Positions 13,219 through 32,204 are shown, counted from the first letter of the stretch. The stretch is DNA of 64,000 bases from Escherichia coli O127:H6 str. E2348/69 (GCF_000026545.1 NC_011601.1); one strand, 5' to 3'. Notes: generated from the sequence alone by a model not told the origin. Made by a program: numbers and translations.

Positions 13219-15081
13219 TTATGCCAGCCAGGCTTTGATTTTGGCTTCCATACCGGTGGCATCGAGGCCGAGTTCGGCGCGCATTTCTTCCTGAGTTCCT
13301 TGTGGAATAAAGAAGTCCAGCAGGCCAATGTTCAGCACGGGTACTGGTTTACGATGGGCCATCAACACTTCGTTCACGCCGCTGCCTGCACCGCCCATAA
13401 TGGCGTTTTCTTCTACGGTAACCAGCGCTTCATGGCTGGCGGCCATTTCCAGTATTAACGCTTCATCAAGCGGTTTCACGAAACGCATATCGACCAGCGT
13501 AGCGTTCAGCGATTCAGCGACTTTCGCCGCTTCTGGCATCAGCGTACCAAAGTTAAGGATCGCCAGTTTCTCACCACGACGCTTCACAATGCCTTTGCCA
13601 ATTGGCAGTTTTTCCAGTGGCGTCAGTTCCACGCCAACTGCGTTGCCGCGCGGGTAGCGCACCGCGGACGGGCCATCGTTATAGTGATAGCCGGTATAGA
13701 GCATCTGGCGACATTCGTTTTCATCGCTCGGGGTCATAATGACCATTTCCGGTATGCAGCGCAGGTAAGAGAGATCAAAAGCGCCCTGGTGGGTTTGACC
13801 GTCAGCACCAACAATGCCCGCACGGTCGATGGCGAACAGGACCGGAAGCTTTTGAATCGCCACGTCATGCAGCACCTGATCATAGGCGCGTTGCAGGAAG
13901 GTGGAGTAGATCGCGACAATGGGTTTGTAGCCTCCAATCGCCAGACCCGCAGCAAAGGTCACTGCGTGTTGCTCGGCAATTGCCACGTCGAAGTAGCGAT
14001 CCGGGAATTTACGTGAAAACTCGACCATGCCGGAACCTTCACGCATCGCCGGAGTAATCGCCATCAGCTTGTTATCTTTCGCTGCGGTTTCGCACAACCA
14101 GTCGCCAAAGATTTTTGAATAGCTTGGCAAACCGCCGCTACTTTTCGGCAGACAACCGCTGGAGGGATCAAATTTAGGCACGGCGTGGAAGGTGATTGGG
14201 TCTTTTTCTGCCGGTTCATAACCACGACCTTTTTTGGTCATGATATGCAGGAACTGCGGGCCTTTCAGGTCGCGCATGTTCTTAAGCGTGGTGATAAGCC
14301 CCAGCACATCGTGACCGTCCACCGGGCCGATGTAGTTAAAGCCCAGCTCTTCAAACAACGTGCCAGGCACTACCATGCCTTTAATATGTTCTTCGGTACG
14401 TTTGAGCAGCTCTTTAATGGGTGGCACGCCAGAGAAAACTTTTTTTCCGCCTTCGCGCAGTGAAGAGTAAAGCTTACCGGAAAGCAGCTGCGCCAGATGG
14501 TTGTTGAGCGCGCCAACATTTTCGGAAATCGACATTTCATTGTCGTTGAGAACCACCAGCATATCAGGACGGATATCGCCCGCGTGATTCATCGCTTCAA
14601 ACGCCATGCCAGCAGTAATCGCGCCATCGCCAATGACACAGACGGTGCGGCGATTTTTGCCTTCTTTCTCGGCAGCAACTGCGATCCCAATTCCGGCACT
14701 GATGGAGGTTGATGAATGCCCGACGCTTAATACGTCATATTCGCTTTCGCCGCGCCACGGGAACGGGTGCAGGCCACCTTTCTGACGGATGGTGCCGATT
14801 TTGTCGCGGCGCCCGGTCAAAATTTTATGCGGATAAGCCTGATGCCCCACATCCCAGATTAACTGGTCAAACGGGGTATTGTAGACATAGTGCAGCGCCA
14901 CGGTCAGTTCGACCGTGCCCAGCCCGGAGGCGAAGTGCCCGCTGGAACGGCTCACGCTGTCGAGTAAATAGCGGCGCAGTTCGTCGCAGAGTTTCGGTAA
15001 ACTCTCTTTCGGCAACAGTCGTAACTCCTGGGTGGAGTCGACCAGTGCCAGGGTCGGGTATTTGGCAATATCAAAACTCAT
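13219..15081 (-). CDS. dxs: 1-deoxy-D-xylulose-5-phosphate synthase
   Basis: 620-aa ORF, recognised as Dxs (thiamine-diphosphate enzyme). Confidence 0.95.
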   Translation of the reverse strand: MSFDIAKYPTLALVDSTQELRLLPKESLPKLCDELRRYLLDSVSRSSGHFASGLGTVELTVALHYVYNTPFDQLIWDVGHQAYPHKILTGRRDKIGTIRQKGGLHPFPWRGESEYDVLSVGHSSTSISAGIGIAVAAEKEGKNRRTVCVIGDGAITAGMAFEAMNHAGDIRPDMLVVLNDNEMSISENVGALNNHLAQLLSGKLYSSLREGGKKVFSGVPPIKELLKRTEEHIKGMVVPGTLFEELGFNYIGPVDGHDVLGLITTLKNMRDLKGPQFLHIMTKKGRGYEPAEKDPITFHAVPKFDPSSGCLPKSSGGLPSYSKIFGDWLCETAAKDNKLMAITPAMREGSGMVEFSRKFPDRYFDVAIAEQHAVTFAAGLAIGGYKPIVAIYSTFLQRAYDQVLHDVAIQKLPVLFAIDRAGIVGADGQTHQGAFDLSYLRCIPEMVIMTPSDENECRQMLYTGYHYNDGPSAVRYPRGNAVGVELTPLEKLPIGKGIVKRRGEKLAILNFGTLMPEAAKVAESLNATLVDMRFVKPLDEALILEMAASHEALVTVEENAIMGGAGSGVNEVLMAHRKPVPVLNIGLLDFFIPQGTQEEMRAELGLDATGMEAKIKAWLA

Positions 15082-15105
15082 CAGGGGCCTATTAATACTT
15101 ATTGT

Positions 15106-16005
15106 TTATTTATTACGCTGGATGATGTAGTCCGCTAGCGCTTCCAGTGCCGAGGTATCGAGTGACTGTTCAGTCAGTTGTTTCAGCGACTGACGGGCAT
15201 CGTCGATCAGATCCCGGGCTTTCTTCCGGGCTTGCTCAAGACCCAGAAGTGCAGGGTAGGTACTTTTACCAAGTTGCTGGTCGGCACCCTGGCGTTTTCC
15301 CAACGTTGCAGTATCTCCCACCACATCCAGGATGTCATCCTGAACCTGGAAGGCAAGGCCGATGCTCTCTGCATACTTGTCGAGTACTGGCAGTGCATTT
15401 CGTCCTTTATCTCCGGCGCTTAATGCACCAAGGCGAACGGCGGCGCGAATCAATGCGCCGGTTTTATGACGATGAATACGCTCAAGCGCGTCCAGAGGTA
15501 CGTGTTTGCCTTCAGCGTCTAAATCTAATGCCTGACCACCGCACATTCCGGCAATACCGCTGGCGCTCGCCAGCTCAGAAATCATCGAAATTCTGTCGCG
15601 ATCTGACACTTCCGGCATATCGGCATCGCTTAGAATCGAGAACGCCAGCGTTTGTAAAGCGTCACCAGCGAGAATCGCGTTTGCTTCGCCAAACTTCACA
15701 TGGCAGGTCGGCAAACCGCGACGCAGATCGTCATCATCCATCGCCGGTAAATCATCATGAATTAATGAGTAAGCGTGGATACACTCTACGGCGGCAGCGG
15801 GTGCGTCCAGTGTGTTTGTGCTAACGCCGAACATATGACCAGTGGCATAAACCAGGAAAGGTCGCAGGCGCTTACCACCTAATAATGCGCCATACTGCAT
15901 GGTTTCGACCACGGGAGTGTTCTGAAAGGGCAGTGGGGCGATAAAACGGCTCAGCGCCTGGTTGGCCTGCTTAACGCAGGCTTCGAGTTGCTGCGGAAAG
16001 TCCAT
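15106..16005 (-). CDS. ispA: farnesyl diphosphate synthase
   Basis: 299-aa ORF with two DDxxD motifs (IHDDLPAMDDDD, VQDDILD). Confidence 0.95.
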   Translation of the reverse strand: MDFPQQLEACVKQANQALSRFIAPLPFQNTPVVETMQYGALLGGKRLRPFLVYATGHMFGVSTNTLDAPAAAVECIHAYSLIHDDLPAMDDDDLRRGLPTCHVKFGEANAILAGDALQTLAFSILSDADMPEVSDRDRISMISELASASGIAGMCGGQALDLDAEGKHVPLDALERIHRHKTGALIRAAVRLGALSAGDKGRNALPVLDKYAESIGLAFQVQDDILDVVGDTATLGKRQGADQQLGKSTYPALLGLEQARKKARDLIDDARQSLKQLTEQSLDTSALEALADYIIQRNK

Positions 16006-16247
16006 TACTCATTGTCCGGTGTAAAAGGGGTTAGAGAGGCGTCTTCATTGTCAGACAGCAGAATTTGTACGCGCTGTTCGGCTTGTTGTAATTTGGCCTG
16101 CCCCTGACGTGCCAGCTGCACGCCGCGTTCGAACTCGTTCAGCGCCTCTTCCAGCGGCAGGTCGCCACTTTCCAGACGGGTTACAATCTGTTCCAGCTCG
16201 CTCAGCGCCTTTTCAAAGCTGGCGGGAGCCTCATTTTTCTTCGGCAT
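16005..16247 (-). CDS. xseB: exodeoxyribonuclease VII small subunit
   Basis: 80-aa ORF, recognised as XseB; its stop overlaps the ispA start (TAATG). Confidence 0.93.
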
Positions 16248-16452
16248 AATGAATGTCTGACTCTCAATATTTTTCGCCCCGTCATGGTAACGGACTCAGG
16301 GCAAATAGCAAATAACGCGCAATGGTAAGGTGATGTGCGCAGCAAAGCGATGTTAGTGGTATACTTCCGCGCCTGGATGCAGCCGCAGGTGTGGGCTGCT
16401 GTATTTTTCCCTATACAAGTCGCTTAAGGCTTGCCAACGAACCATTGCCGCC

Positions 16453-17901
16453 ATGAAGTTTATCATTAAATTGTTCCCGGAAATCACCATCAAAAGCCAA
16501 TCTGTGCGCTTGCGCTTTATAAAAATCCTTACCGGGAACATTCGTAACGTTTTAAAGCACTATGATGAGACGCTCGCTGTCGTCCGCCACTGGGATAACA
16601 TCGAAGTTCGCGCAAAAGATGAAAACCAGCGTCTGGCTATTCGCGACGCCCTGACCCGTATTCCGGGTATCCACCATATTCTCGAAGTCGAAGACGTGCC
16701 GTTTACCGACATGCACGATATTTTCGAGAAAGCGTTGGTTCAGTATCGCGATCAGCTGGAAGGCAAAACCTTCTGCGTGCGCGTGAAGCGCCGTGGCAAA
16801 CATGATTTTAGCTCGATTGATGTGGAACGTTACGTCGGCGGCGGTTTAAATCAGCATATTGAGTCCGCGCGCGTGAAGCTGACCAATCCGGATGTGACTG
16901 TCCATCTGGAAGTGGAAGACGATCGCCTCCTGCTAATTAAAGGCCGCTACGAAGGTATTGGCGGTTTCCCGATTGGTACCCAGGAAGATGTGCTGTCGCT
17001 CATTTCCGGTGGTTTCGACTCCGGTGTTTCCAGTTATATGTTGATGCGTCGCGGCTGCCGCGTGCATTACTGCTTCTTTAACCTCGGCGGCGCGGCGCAT
17101 GAAATTGGCGTGCGTCAGGTGGCGCATTATCTGTGGAACCGCTTTGGCAGCTCCCACCGCGTGCGTTTTGTCGCTATTAATTTCGAACCGGTCGTCGGGG
17201 AAATTCTCGAGAAAATCGACGACGGTCAGATGGGCGTTATCCTCAAACGTATGATGGTGCGTGCCGCGTCCAAAGTGGCAGAACGTTACGGCGTACAGGC
17301 GCTGGTCACTGGCGAAGCACTGGGCCAGGTGTCCAGCCAGACGCTGACCAACCTGCGCCTGATTGATAACGTCTCCGATACGCTGATCCTGCGTCCGCTG
17401 ATCTCTTACGACAAAGAGCACATCATCAACCTGGCTCGCCAGATTGGCACCGAAGACTTTGCCCGCACGATGCCGGAATATTGCGGCGTGATTTCCAAAA
17501 GCCCGACGGTGAAAGCGGTTAAATCGAAGATTGAAGCGGAAGAAGAGAAGTTCGACTTCAGCATTCTCGATAAAGTGGTTGAGGAAGCGAATAACGTTGA
17601 TATCCGCGAAATCGCCCAGCAGACCGAGCAGGAAGTGGTGGAAGTGGAAACCGTCAATGGCTTCGGCCCGAACGACGTGATCCTCGATATCCGTTCTATC
17701 GATGAACAGGAAGATAAGCCACTGAAAGTCGAAGGGATTGATGTGGTTTCTCTGCCGTTCTATAAACTGAGCACCAAATTTGGCGATCTCGACCAGAGCA
17801 AAACCTGGCTGTTGTGGTGTGAGCGCGGGGTGATGAGCCGCCTGCAGGCGCTCTATCTGCGCGAGCAGGGCTTTAACAATGTGAAGGTGTATCGCCCGTA
17901 A
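16453..17901 (+). CDS. thiI: tRNA 4-thiouridine synthase / thiamine biosynthesis ThiI
   Basis: 482-aa ORF with SGGFDS PP-loop, recognised as ThiI. Confidence 0.95.
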   Translation: MKFIIKLFPEITIKSQSVRLRFIKILTGNIRNVLKHYDETLAVVRHWDNIEVRAKDENQRLAIRDALTRIPGIHHILEVEDVPFTDMHDIFEKALVQYRDQLEGKTFCVRVKRRGKHDFSSIDVERYVGGGLNQHIESARVKLTNPDVTVHLEVEDDRLLLIKGRYEGIGGFPIGTQEDVLSLISGGFDSGVSSYMLMRRGCRVHYCFFNLGGAAHEIGVRQVAHYLWNRFGSSHRVRFVAINFEPVVGEILEKIDDGQMGVILKRMMVRAASKVAERYGVQALVTGEALGQVSSQTLTNLRLIDNVSDTLILRPLISYDKEHIINLARQIGTEDFARTMPEYCGVISKSPTVKAVKSKIEAEEEKFDFSILDKVVEEANNVDIREIAQQTEQEVVEVETVNGFGPNDVILDIRSIDEQEDKPLKVEGIDVVSLPFYKLSTKFGDLDQSKTWLLWCERGVMSRLQALYLREQGFNNVKVYRP

Positions 17902-17954
17902 TATGTGGTTGTAACGTCGCATCTGGTCAGATGCGACGCTTACCGCATCCGACA

Positions 17955-19419
<1,465 letters not shown>

Positions 19420-19586
19420 TGTTCCTCCTCACCCGCAACCACTCCGGGTGTTCAATAAGGCTATCCCTTAATTGTGCATGCTGTTGCGACTATGCACAAT
19501 TAAGGGATACGTCCTGGTGCAGGACTGTTGGTTATTTAACTTTGCAGGTATTATGCTTCGCATCAAAAATGAAGGGAGAGGAAAAG

Positions 19587-20078
19587 ATGCCATCTTTCGA
19601 TATTGTCTCTGAAGTTGATCTTCAGGAAGCACGTAACGCGGTCGATAACGCGAGCCGCGAAGTGGAGTCCCGTTTTGACTTCCGTAACGTTGAAGCCTCA
19701 TTTGAGCTGAATGACGCCAGCAAAACCATCAAAGTGTTGAGCGAGTCCGACTTCCAGGTCAATCAGTTGCTGGATATTCTGCGTGCCAAGTTGCTGAAGC
19801 GCGGCATTGAAGGCAGTTCACTGGATGTACCGGAAAATATCGTTCATAGCGGTAAAACCTGGTTTGTGGAAGCGAAACTGAAACAGGGCATTGAGAGCGC
19901 GACTCAGAAGAAAATCGTCAAAATGATCAAAGACAGCAAACTGAAAGTGCAGGCGCAAATTCAGGGCGATGAGATCCGCGTAACGGGTAAATCTCGTGAT
20001 GATTTACAGGCTGTCATGGCGGTGGTACGTGGTGGCGATCTCGGTCAGCCGTTCCAGTTCAAAAACTTCCGCGATTAA
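19587..20078 (+). CDS. yajQ: nucleotide-binding protein YajQ
   Basis: ORF 19419..20078; start at ATG 19587 ([18 protein letters not shown]...) after GGAG RBS, ~163 aa. Confidence 0.9.
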   Translation: MPSFDIVSEVDLQEARNAVDNASREVESRFDFRNVEASFELNDASKTIKVLSESDFQVNQLLDILRAKLLKRGIEGSSLDVPENIVHSGKTWFVEAKLKQGIESATQKKIVKMIKDSKLKVQAQIQGDEIRVTGKSRDDLQAVMAVVRGGDLGQPFQFKNFRD

Positions 20079-20104
20079 TCGCGACAACCTGCGCTTTGTT
20101 CATG

Positions 20105-20192
20105 TCAGATGCGGCATGAACGCCTGATTCGGCCTACAAAGGTTTGTCACTCAGGAACTTTGTAGGCCTGATAAGCGTAGCGCAGCAGGCAA
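20105..20192. repeat. pair of inverted REP (repetitive extragenic palindromic) units
   Basis: gatgcggcatgaacgcctgattcggcctacaaag and inverted copy ctttgtaggcctgataagcgtagcgcagc between convergent yajQ and yajR. Confidence 0.75.
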
Positions 20193-20205
20193 TTCGCCTC
20201 TTTTT

Positions 20206-21570
20206 TTATGCCTGACGAATTGCCTGTTCAACCTCAAAGCGATTCGTCACTTTGCTGTCGATTTTCACGTACGCTGAATGTTCTTCTTCTGCAATCAACA
20301 CTTCTTTGACGCCTTCAGTTTCCAGCAAACGTACTTTTAACGCTTCGTTTGCGGCAATGTCCGCCGGGATTTCAATGCGCAAGCTGCTGACATACGGCGG
20401 TTCTTTCATGGTACTGGCGACTGCCAGCCACACTGCGGCCAGCATTGCGCCAGCGAGAAATACGCCCTGACCGTCAAACATGCCGTCAATCCAGCCGCCC
20501 AGCGAACCGCCAATCGCCACGCCAAGAAACTGGCTGGTGGAGTAAACACCCATCGCCGTACCTTTGTAACCTGCTGGCGATTCTTTACTGATAAGTGAAG
20601 GCAGAAGGGCTTCCATCAAATTAAACGCTACAAAGAAAAGCTGCACGCCGACCACCAGTTGCCAGAACTGCGTTTGTGCGTTCCACAACACAATTTCCGC
20701 AACCACGATCAACCCGACGCAGAAGACAAAGACTTGCTTCATTTTGCGCTTAACTTCAGCGTAGATAATGAAAGGCACGACCGAGCCAAAGGCGATTAAC
20801 ATCGTTGCCAGGTAGACCTTCCAGTGTTCAGCCGCCGGGAACCCCGCATTAGCCATCTGTCCGGGCAGGGCAACAAAGGTCGACATCAGCAAAATATGCA
20901 GACACATAATGCCAAAGTTGAGTTTCAGCAGCCGCGGTTCCGCCAGCACTTTACTGAAACTGCCTTTCACCATTCCGGACTCACGATTAAGTACGTGAGT
21001 GCTACTGTTGGGCACAACCCAAATGGTCAACGCAATGCCGGTTATTGCCAGAATAGCGATCATCCAGAACAGCGCGTGCAGCCCAAGTTTGTGAGTGATG
21101 ATCGGGCCAAGCACCATCGCAATGGCAAAGGTAATGCCAAAGCTCACGCCGATAAACGCCATCGCTTTGGTGCGGTTTTGTTCGCGCGTGAGATCGGAAA
21201 GCAGCGCCATAACGGCAGCGGCAATCGCACCGGAGCCTTGTAGCGCCCGACCCAGAATAATTCCCCAGATGGAGTCAGAGAGCGCAGCGATAACGCTACC
21301 GGCGGCAAACACCGCCAGCCCACCGACAATTAATGGTTTGCGACCAATGCGGTCTGAAAGCAGGCCAAACGGAATCTGAAAAACGGCCTGAGTCAGACCA
21401 TAAATACCAATGGCAATACCGATTAATGCTTCGCTGGCACCTTGCAGAGCCATGCCGTACGTGGTCAGAACCGGCAGAACCATGAACATGCCCAGCATGC
21501 GCAACGAGAAAACGGTGCCTAAACCCCAGGTCGCGCGCCGCTCACCTGGCGTCATTTTATAATCGTTCAT
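20206..21570 (-). CDS. yajR: MFS transporter YajR
   Basis: ORF 20206..21768; start trimmed to ATG 21570 (MNDYKMTPGERRATWG...) for ~454 aa. Confidence 0.9.
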   Translation of the reverse strand: MNDYKMTPGERRATWGLGTVFSLRMLGMFMVLPVLTTYGMALQGASEALIGIAIGIYGLTQAVFQIPFGLLSDRIGRKPLIVGGLAVFAAGSVIAALSDSIWGIILGRALQGSGAIAAAVMALLSDLTREQNRTKAMAFIGVSFGITFAIAMVLGPIITHKLGLHALFWMIAILAITGIALTIWVVPNSSTHVLNRESGMVKGSFSKVLAEPRLLKLNFGIMCLHILLMSTFVALPGQMANAGFPAAEHWKVYLATMLIAFGSVVPFIIYAEVKRKMKQVFVFCVGLIVVAEIVLWNAQTQFWQLVVGVQLFFVAFNLMEALLPSLISKESPAGYKGTAMGVYSTSQFLGVAIGGSLGGWIDGMFDGQGVFLAGAMLAAVWLAVASTMKEPPYVSSLRIEIPADIAANEALKVRLLETEGVKEVLIAEEEHSAYVKIDSKVTNRFEVEQAIRQA

Positions 21571-21718
21571 TACCACCTCTGTTTTAAATTCGCGACTAGT
21601 GTAAAGCGGCAAACGAATGGGGTAAACATGCGGATTTTTTAGTAAATATTTCGAGAGGGATATGATTCTAATGCTAAGAAAAAAGGTGCCGTAGCACCTT
21701 TTTAACTGAGAGGTTGTG

Positions 21719-22609
21719 TTACCACACAGCAGCCAGCAGCGTATGCGAGTCCGGCACCATAAAATCAACGGACATCATCACCGAGAGGGCAGTGATGGCG
21801 ATGATAGAGAAACCGAACAGCTTGCGCGCCCAGATTCTGTCATCAGCAACTTTATAGCCGCGCAGAGCCATGCCTAACCACCAGACGCTCACCGCAGCGG
21901 CGACCACCAGATATTTATACCCAGCGTAGCCGCCAAGAGAGAGCATCAGCGTGGCAACGGCAAAGGCGATGATATACAGCGTGATGTGATTCTTCGCCAC
22001 CGAAATGCCTTTCACCACCGGCAGTACCGGAATGTTTGCCGCCTGATAATCCTTAAAGCGGAAAATGGCGATGGCATAAGAGTGAGGCATCTGCCACAGG
22101 CTGAAGATAGCCAGCAGGATCGCTGCGCCGCTATCGAACTCGCCGGTTACCGCACAGTAACCGATCACCGGAGGCGCAGCGCCGGAGAGCGAACCAATCA
22201 ATGTGCCGTAGACAGAATGACGTTTCATGTACAGGCTATAAACGCCGACATAAACCACAAAGCCCATCACCCCCAGCCAGCAGGCCAGCGGATTCGCGCC
22301 AAACCACAGCAGCATAAAGCCAGCAATACCCAGCAAGGTGGCGTACACCAGCGAGACAGCAGGAGAGATCAGGCCTTTCACCAGCACCCGATTCTTCGTC
22401 CTTTCCATCTTTCTGTCGATATCCCTGTCGATGTAGTTGTTAAACACACAACCCGACGCCACAACCAGTGACACCCCAACCAGCGTGTAGATAAACAGGG
22501 GATAATCAATGCTGCCCTTTGAGGCCAGCAAGAATCCCCCAATCACCGAGATCAGGTTGCCAAAGATGATGCCTGGTTTCGTTACTTGCAGGTATTGCTT
22601 AAATATCAT
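21719..22609 (-). CDS. cyoE: heme O synthase (protoheme IX farnesyltransferase)
   Basis: ORF 21719..22663; start at ATG 22609 ([14 protein letters not shown]...) for 296 aa. Confidence 0.9.
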   Translation of the reverse strand: MIFKQYLQVTKPGIIFGNLISVIGGFLLASKGSIDYPLFIYTLVGVSLVVASGCVFNNYIDRDIDRKMERTKNRVLVKGLISPAVSLVYATLLGIAGFMLLWFGANPLACWLGVMGFVVYVGVYSLYMKRHSVYGTLIGSLSGAAPPVIGYCAVTGEFDSGAAILLAIFSLWQMPHSYAIAIFRFKDYQAANIPVLPVVKGISVAKNHITLYIIAFAVATLMLSLGGYAGYKYLVVAAAVSVWWLGMALRGYKVADDRIWARKLFGFSIIAITALSVMMSVDFMVPDSHTLLAAVW

Positions 22610-22620
22610 AACCGCCGCTC

Positions 22621-25557
<2,937 letters not shown>

Positions 25558-25566
25558 TCAACCCCT

Positions 25567-26514
<948 letters not shown>

Positions 26515-26973
26515 TTAACGACCTCAATTCCACGGGATCTGGTGGCGTTTAAAGTGTGTGGGCATTTTACGGGAAGGTTACATTACTGTAAACATGATTA
26601 AATTCCTGTTACTTGGATTTGGCTGTCAGGTCACATATGTTGCAAAACATATCAAGTTGATTTTAAGAAGCTGTTGCAAAAGGGCGTTATAACGAAAGGG
26701 GAGTGCAGAAGGAGTTTGGGCGGGCAATTGGTATAATCAATATAAAATAAAACAATTATTTAACAAATAATTATCATTGAAGTGACAACTGGGTGGTGAG
26801 AAAATAAGGACTCATTAGCTGAATCGTGTAAGAAAAATAGAATTCATAAATTGCGTCAATAATTTCCAGACGCTAAGCCGCACAAAAGAACAAATATTAA
26901 TAAGCGATGCTGATGTTTATTTAGCCGTAATAATTACGGCGAGTGATTACTACAGCTAAATAATATTTACAGA

Positions 26974-28449
26974 TTACGTCAGATGTGTTTTACGTAGCGC
27001 CAGATAATCCAGCAAACCACCAAGCACAACGCCAGAAAGGGCGACTAAAACCCCGACTTCCAGCAGCGCAGGCAGGAAAGAGAAGTGCGTCAAATCCAGC
27101 GCGTCCATCGTCAACAGCAGTAACCACACGGCCAACAGGCTGATGCCCGCCGCCAGTGTCCACATGGCAAAGGCATAACCTGCAGGATATTCGGTACGGG
27201 AGATAAAGTTGTCATTTACTCGTGTATATTCAAGCGTCTGGCGGCAAACCAGCAACAAGATAAGCCCTGGTACGGCAGCGGCGACGGAGAATAGATAGAA
27301 TGTCGACCAGCCGTGTGCTTCAACAAACCAACCCGCCACGGGGCCGACATAAACTCGCCCTACAGCAGAAAGCGCTGAGAGCAGGGCAAATTGAGTAGCG
27401 GAAAATGACTTATTACACAGCGTCATTAACAGCGCGACAAAGGCTGATGTACCCATCCCGCCACAGAGGTTTTCGAAAAAGACGGCTGCGCCCATGCTGT
27501 AGAGATGCTTATCAGTAATCGACAGCAGCCAGTAACCGGCGTTAGATGCACCTTGTAAAATGCCGAAAATCAGCAGTGCACGGAACAGCGACAGGCGCTG
27601 CATCAAAATCCCACCGTACAATGCGCCAACAATGGTCGCCAGTAAGCCAAGCGTTTTGTTAACCACGCCTACTTCACCCGCATCAAACCCGACGCCACGA
27701 ATCAAAAACGTGGTTGTCAGGCTCATAGCGAATGCGTCGCCCAGCTTATACAGCACGATAAGAAGCAAAATAAGCCAGGCATTATTGCGACCAAAGAAAT
27801 CTCGCAGAGGTGCAACAACCGCTTGTTCCAGCGTTTTGGGCACAGGAATGGTGTCGGTGGGTTCTGGTGCAAGCAACGTCGCGATAATACAGGGGATCAA
27901 CAGCGCCGCCATCAACCAGTACATGCCCTGCCAGCCCAGCCATTTATCTGCCAGCCACAGGGCTAAGCCGCCGGAAACCAGCATCCCTAAACGGTAACCC
28001 AGCACGCTGATTGCCGCGCCCGCACCACGTTCTTCTGCCGGGAGCACATCGGTTTTCCACGCATCGAAGACAATATCCTGGGAGGCAGAGCAAAAAGCGA
28101 TCACCACCGCCAGTGCCGCCATCCAGCGGAGCTGGGTGCCTGGTTCGAGAAAACCCATCGCCGCAATGGCGACTAATAACAGAATTTGCGTGGCGAGCAG
28201 CCAACCGCGCCGCCGCCCGAAAAATGGGGGCGTGTAGCGGTCCATCAGTGGTGACCAGAGGAATTTAAAAACGTAAGCCTGGCCTACCAGAGAGAAGAAA
28301 CCAATGGTTTTGAGATCGATATTCTCGACCGTCATCCAGGCCTGTAAGGTGCCGGACGTCAGGGCGAGCGGTAGCCCGGAAGCAAAACCCAGGATCAGCA
28401 ATATGGCTGAACGCGGCTGTTGAAAAATACGTAAATATTGACTGGACAT
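26974..28449 (-). CDS. ampG: muropeptide permease AmpG
   Basis: 491-aa polytopic membrane ORF, recognised as AmpG. Confidence 0.93.
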   Translation of the reverse strand: MSSQYLRIFQQPRSAILLILGFASGLPLALTSGTLQAWMTVENIDLKTIGFFSLVGQAYVFKFLWSPLMDRYTPPFFGRRRGWLLATQILLLVAIAAMGFLEPGTQLRWMAALAVVIAFCSASQDIVFDAWKTDVLPAEERGAGAAISVLGYRLGMLVSGGLALWLADKWLGWQGMYWLMAALLIPCIIATLLAPEPTDTIPVPKTLEQAVVAPLRDFFGRNNAWLILLLIVLYKLGDAFAMSLTTTFLIRGVGFDAGEVGVVNKTLGLLATIVGALYGGILMQRLSLFRALLIFGILQGASNAGYWLLSITDKHLYSMGAAVFFENLCGGMGTSAFVALLMTLCNKSFSATQFALLSALSAVGRVYVGPVAGWFVEAHGWSTFYLFSVAAAVPGLILLLVCRQTLEYTRVNDNFISRTEYPAGYAFAMWTLAAGISLLAVWLLLLTMDALDLTHFSFLPALLEVGVLVALSGVVLGGLLDYLALRKTHLT

Positions 28450-28492
28450 GGGCGTCTACAGGCCCGGCTTGCACCGGGCCAGAGGGCAGAAA

Positions 28493-29071
28493 TTAACGCG
28501 CGTTCTGCTTGATGAATTCGTGGATGCTGGTGTCCTGAGACATATCAGCGATGGTATCGGTCAGCACACTGTTAACCGCATCGGCGATATTTTTGTTGGA
28601 GGCCTGGAATGCACCTTCAACGTTGTAGCTGGCACGATAGTTTTTGGTCATTTTGTTGCCATTCTGCGCGGTAGCGATGATGGCGATATCCGCTTTGGTC
28701 GCGATGTTGTAGCGCACGTTGCCCTGGGACACGTCAGCATACAGTTGGCTAACGATGATTTGCAGATTAACCGGGCCATTCGGACCAACCATGTATCCAC
28801 GGGCGGTCATCTGTTTTTCCAGCACTTCTTGCAGCAGGAAACGCAGATCGCGGGAGGCGGTCAGGGTAACGATTTGATTATCGCGGGTGACTTTTGCCAG
28901 CGCCTGATCGGTACGCTGATCGGCACCATTAATGCTTACGGTGACGCCCATCAGGCTTGGATCCTGCTGTGGCAGTGTAATCGTCGGGGAAACTTCAATA
29001 GTTGTTGGCGGTTTTGCGCATCCTGCAAGCATAAACAGAGCAACTAACGGGAAGAGGATTTTTTTGAACAT
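28493..29071 (-). CDS. yajG: lipoprotein YajG
   Basis: ORF 28493..29230; start at ATG 29071 (MFKKILFPLVALFMLAGC lipobox) for ~192 aa. Confidence 0.9.
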   Translation of the reverse strand: MFKKILFPLVALFMLAGCAKPPTTIEVSPTITLPQQDPSLMGVTVSINGADQRTDQALAKVTRDNQIVTLTASRDLRFLLQEVLEKQMTARGYMVGPNGPVNLQIIVSQLYADVSQGNVRYNIATKADIAIIATAQNGNKMTKNYRASYNVEGAFQASNKNIADAVNSVLTDTIADMSQDTSIHEFIKQNAR

Positions 29072-29375
29072 GTTCGGGCTCTCAGAGACTCTTAAGCGTG
29101 TTTGGTAAAAATTCCCGCCATCATAACATTGCCAACGGCGAGGGGAAGTGGGTAAGGCATGTAAATTCATCATGTTGACGAAATAATCGCCCCTGGTAAA
29201 AGAAACGCTGATGCGAGGCCTGTGTTTCAATCTTTAAATCAGTAAACTTCATACGCTTGACGGGAAAACCAGGACGAAACCTAAATATTTGTTGTTAAGC
29301 TGCAATGGAAACGGTAAAAGCGGCTAGTATTTAAAGGGATGGATGACATCTCAGCGTTGTCGGAGGAGATATTTC

Positions 29376-29693
29376 ATGATGATACGTGAGCGGATAGAAG
29401 AAAAATTAAGGGCGGCGTTCCAACCCGTATTCCTCGAAGTAGTGGATGAAAGCTATCGTCACAATGTCCCAGCCGGCTCTGAAAGCCATTTTAAAGTTGT
29501 GCTGGTCAGCGATCGTTTTACGGGTGAACGTTTTCTGAATCGTCATCGAATGATTTACAGTACTTTAGCGGAGGAACTCTCTACTACCGTTCATGCGCTG
29601 GCTCTGCATACTTACACTATTAAGGAGTGGGAAGGGTTGCAGGACACCGTCTTTGCCTCTCCTCCCTGTCGTGGAGCAGGAAGCATCGCGTAA
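29376..29693 (+). CDS. bolA: stress/morphogene transcriptional regulator BolA
   Basis: ORF 29343..29693; start at ATG 29376 ([11 protein letters not shown]...) for 105 aa. Confidence 0.92.
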
Positions 29694-29746
29694 AAACGCA
29701 TTTGCAACTGTCGGCGCTTTTCCAGTATGTTGCTAAAGATTTTATG

Positions 29747-29775
29747 AAAAACGGCCTGCGGGCCGTTTTGTTTTG
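29747..29775 (+). terminator. intrinsic terminator after bolA
   Basis: aaaacggcc-tgcg-ggccgtttt hairpin followed by a T-rich run. Confidence 0.7.
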
Positions 29776-30027
29776 TCTGGATTTTGCGCTTTTTGCCCAG
29801 CATTCAGACGAAAATTGCCCGGGAATTGTGAAAAAATACGCGACAGCGCGCAATAACCGTTCTCGACTCATAAAAGTGATGCCGCTATAATGCCGCGTCT
29901 TATTTGAATGCTTTCGGGATGATTCTGGTAACAGGGAATGTGATTGATTATAAGAACATCCCGGTTCCGCGAAGCCAACAACCTGTGCTTGCGGGGTAAG
30001 AGTTGACCGAGCACTGTGATTTTTTGA

Positions 30028-31335
<1,308 letters not shown>

Positions 31336-31367
31336 TTTACGTAGCATAACGCGCTAAATTCGCACAA

Positions 31368-31400
31368 AGGCCCGTCACCGCCAGGTGGTGGGCTTTTTTT
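31368..31400 (+). terminator. intrinsic terminator after tig
   Basis: GC-rich hairpin followed by T8. Confidence 0.65.
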
Positions 31401-31580
31401 TGTCATGAATTTTGCATGGAACCGTGCGAAAAGCCTCTTTCGGTGTTAGCGTAACAACAAAAGATTGTTATGCTTGAAATATGGTGATGCCGTACCCATA
31501 ACACAGGGACTAGCTGATAATCCGTCCATAAGGTTACAATCGGTACAGCAGGTTTTTTCAATTTTATCCAGGAGACGGAA

Positions 31581-32204
31581 ATGTCATACAGCGGCGAACG
31601 AGATAACTTTGCACCCCATATGGCGCTGGTGCCGATGGTCATTGAACAGACCTCACGAGGTGAGCGCTCTTTTGATATCTATTCTCGTCTACTTAAGGAA
31701 CGCGTCATTTTTCTGACTGGCCAGGTTGAAGACCACATGGCTAACCTGATTGTGGCGCAGATGCTGTTCCTGGAAGCAGAAAACCCAGAAAAAGATATCT
31801 ATCTGTACATTAACTCTCCAGGCGGGGTGATTACTGCCGGGATGTCTATCTATGACACCATGCAGTTTATCAAGCCTGATGTCAGCACCATCTGTATGGG
31901 CCAGGCGGCCTCGATGGGCGCTTTCTTGCTGACTGCAGGGGCAAAAGGTAAACGTTTCTGCCTGCCGAATTCGCGCGTGATGATTCACCAGCCGTTGGGC
32001 GGCTACCAGGGCCAGGCGACCGATATCGAAATTCATGCCCGTGAAATTCTGAAAGTTAAAGGGCGCATGAATGAACTTATGGCGCTTCATACGGGTCAAT
32101 CATTAGAACAGATTGAACGTGATACCGAGCGCGATCGCTTCCTTTCCGCCCCTGAAGCGGTGGAATACGGTCTGGTCGACTCGATTCTGACCCATCGTAA
32201 TTGA
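31581..32204 (+). CDS. clpP: ATP-dependent Clp protease proteolytic subunit
   Basis: 207-aa ORF, recognised as ClpP precursor. Confidence 0.96.
   Translation: MSYSGERDNFAPHMALVPMVIEQTSRGERSFDIYSRLLKERVIFLTGQVEDHMANLIVAQMLFLEAENPEKDIYLYINSPGGVITAGMSIYDTMQFIKPDVSTICMGQAASMGAFLLTAGAKGKRFCLPNSRVMIHQPLGGYQGQATDIEIHAREILKVKGRMNELMALHTGQSLEQIERDTERDRFLSAPEAVEYGLVDSILTHRN

Noticed and set aside
22601-22609. cyoE second codon is ATA (Ile), whereas I half-remember Met-Met at the N-terminus
   Set aside because: I cannot verify the reference sequence from memory and the ORF is otherwise intact, so I do not call it a variant.
26924-26940. Perfect palindrome gccgtaataattacggc just downstream of ampG
   Set aside because: No U-run follows it on the ampG (minus) strand, so it is not a convincing intrinsic terminator.
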